Shown here piece by piece: positions 63,271-64,000 of a stretch of 64,000 nucleotides of DNA (positions are counted from its first letter, which is position 1; every line of letters starts with the position of its first letter). A model generated the notes under the pieces. It searched no databases, had not been told where the DNA came from, and saw only the letters and a list, made by a program, of their open reading frames with translations. Source of the DNA: Nitrospirota bacterium. GTDB lineage: Bacteria > Nitrospirota > Leptospirillia > Leptospirillales > Leptospirillaceae. Location of the stretch: contig JAYWMN010000059.1 in NCBI GenBank assembly GCA_035873205.1, positions 1,726-65,725 of the forward strand, in the 5' to 3' direction. The position numbers and the translations under genes were made by a program.

Positions 63271-64000
63271 GTGAGCTCTCCCCCTTTCGATTCCCGGGAG
63301 GCTCCGGAACGGGCGCTTCCTGATAGGGCACGTCGGCTTGACGGGCCGTAAATCTTTCTGAAACGAAGGACGATCCGAAGACTGTTCGCCAGAATCCGTC
63401 CATTCAGGGTAGAGGTTCCGAGGATCCGGTCCCTGAAGACGATCGGAGATTCGACGAAGGTCTCTCCGGACCGGTCCATGATCAGAAGGATTTCCTGAAG
63501 AAGGGAGGGCCCCCGGCTGATGAGACGGTCCCAGGGAACCGTTGCCAGCACCTCCCGGCGAAAGACACGGAATCCCGAGGTGGCATCAAGGACCGGCAGT
63601 CCGAGAACGGTCCGGATGTAGAGGTTGGCGGCCCGTGTCAGAAGAATCCTAAGCCGGGTCCTCCCTTCCTCCCGCCCGCCCGGAACCAGTCTCGATCCGA
63701 TCACTCCGGACGCCCCTTTCCGCATGACCTCCAGCATGGCGGGAAGGTCTTCCGGAGCGTGCGATCCGTCGGCGTCCATCTCTCCGATCATCGGAACATT
63801 CATGGAAAGCGCCTGCCGGTAACCGTCAATTCCGGCCGGTCCCCGGCCCCGGTTGGTCAGGCGCTTCAGGAGGTAGACGTGGGCCACATGGGTATCCTGA
63901 TAGCGCCCGACGATATCGCTTGTTCCGTCGGGAGAGCTGTCGTCCACGACCAGAACGCCGATCGAAGGGCCCAGAGCGGTGAGTCTCCCGATCAGTCCCC
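63267..64000 (-). CDS. GT2 polyprenyl-phosphate glycosyltransferase (Dpm1/ArnC-like); the N-terminus lies beyond the right edge
   Basis: DDSSPDGT and the DxD-containing EMDADGSHAPEDLP. The frame stays open upstream of the ORF-track Met to position 64000 (...GLIGRLTALGPSIGVLVVDDSSPDGT). A 4-nt overlap links it to the GT39 gene. Confidence 0.8.
   Translation of the reverse strand, partial: GLIGRLTALGPSIGVLVVDDSSPDGTSDIVGRYQDTHVAHVYLLKRLTNRGRGPAGIDGYRQALSMNVPMIGEMDADGSHAPEDLPAMLEVMRKGASGVIGSRLVPGGREEGRTRLRILLTRAANLYIRTVLGLPVLDATSGFRVFRREVLATVPWDRLISRGPSLLQEILLIMDRSGETFVESPIVFRDRILGTSTLNGRILANSLRIVLRFRKIYGPSSRRALSGSARSGASRESKGGELT

Noticed and set aside
1-64000. Search for CRISPR arrays, tandem repeats, IS elements, integrases, rRNA or tRNA genes
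   Set aside because: I saw no regularly spaced direct repeats, no transposase or integrase motifs in any long ORF, and no rRNA or tRNA signatures. Only the short decayed fragments at 25.7-27.2 kb hint at past mobile DNA.

Overview
64-kb chromosomal segment, roughly mid-50s % GC by eye and almost fully coding (about 60 genes). It comes from a diderm (Gram-negative-type) bacterium: it has lptFG, a lolCDE-type system, TolC proteins, an Mla-like system and beta-barrel outer-membrane proteins. The taxon cannot be fixed from the sequence alone. All functional calls come from my own reading of motifs in the translated ORFs; no database search was run.

Core content:
- Envelope trafficking genes.
- Three separate purine clusters: purF-purL-purQ, purE-purK and purH-purD followed by tsaC.
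- miaB, lysS, mtnA, and rsmD-coaD-aspartate aminotransferase.
- An MFP-RND efflux operon flanked by two TolC paralogues, each paired with a paralogous small beta-barrel protein.
- An ABC-2 exporter.
- Several second-messenger proteins: a 1071-aa GAF-GGDEF-EAL protein, a class III cyclase and a degenerate GGDEF protein.
- A di-haem cytochrome c peroxidase and a CHAD protein.
- A stress/RNA-repair gene string: Hsp20, CBS, HPF, archease, RtcB.

I saw no rRNA, tRNA, CRISPR array, intact IS or prophage. The only clearly accessory patch is a lower-GC islet at about 25.7-27.4 kb. It carries a twice-frameshifted AbiEii-type nucleotidyltransferase toxin gene with a small upstream partner.

Most noteworthy observations:
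1. An Mla-like operon whose ATPase has lost the Q-loop, signature, catalytic-Glu and H-loop residues, while the other two ABC ATPases in the window are canonical.
2. An HPF-archease-RtcB gene string without rtcA or rtcR.
3. The mirrored TolC + barrel duplication, next to an ABC-2 exporter that has a single-pass periplasmic protein instead of a canonical adaptor.
4. An output-less Cache sensor that ends exactly at the toxin-antitoxin (TA) islet.
5. An orphan NuoF-like protein with a thioredoxin-like [2Fe-2S] ferredoxin.
6. Two unusually long non-coding gaps (648 bp and 915 bp) containing structured elements.
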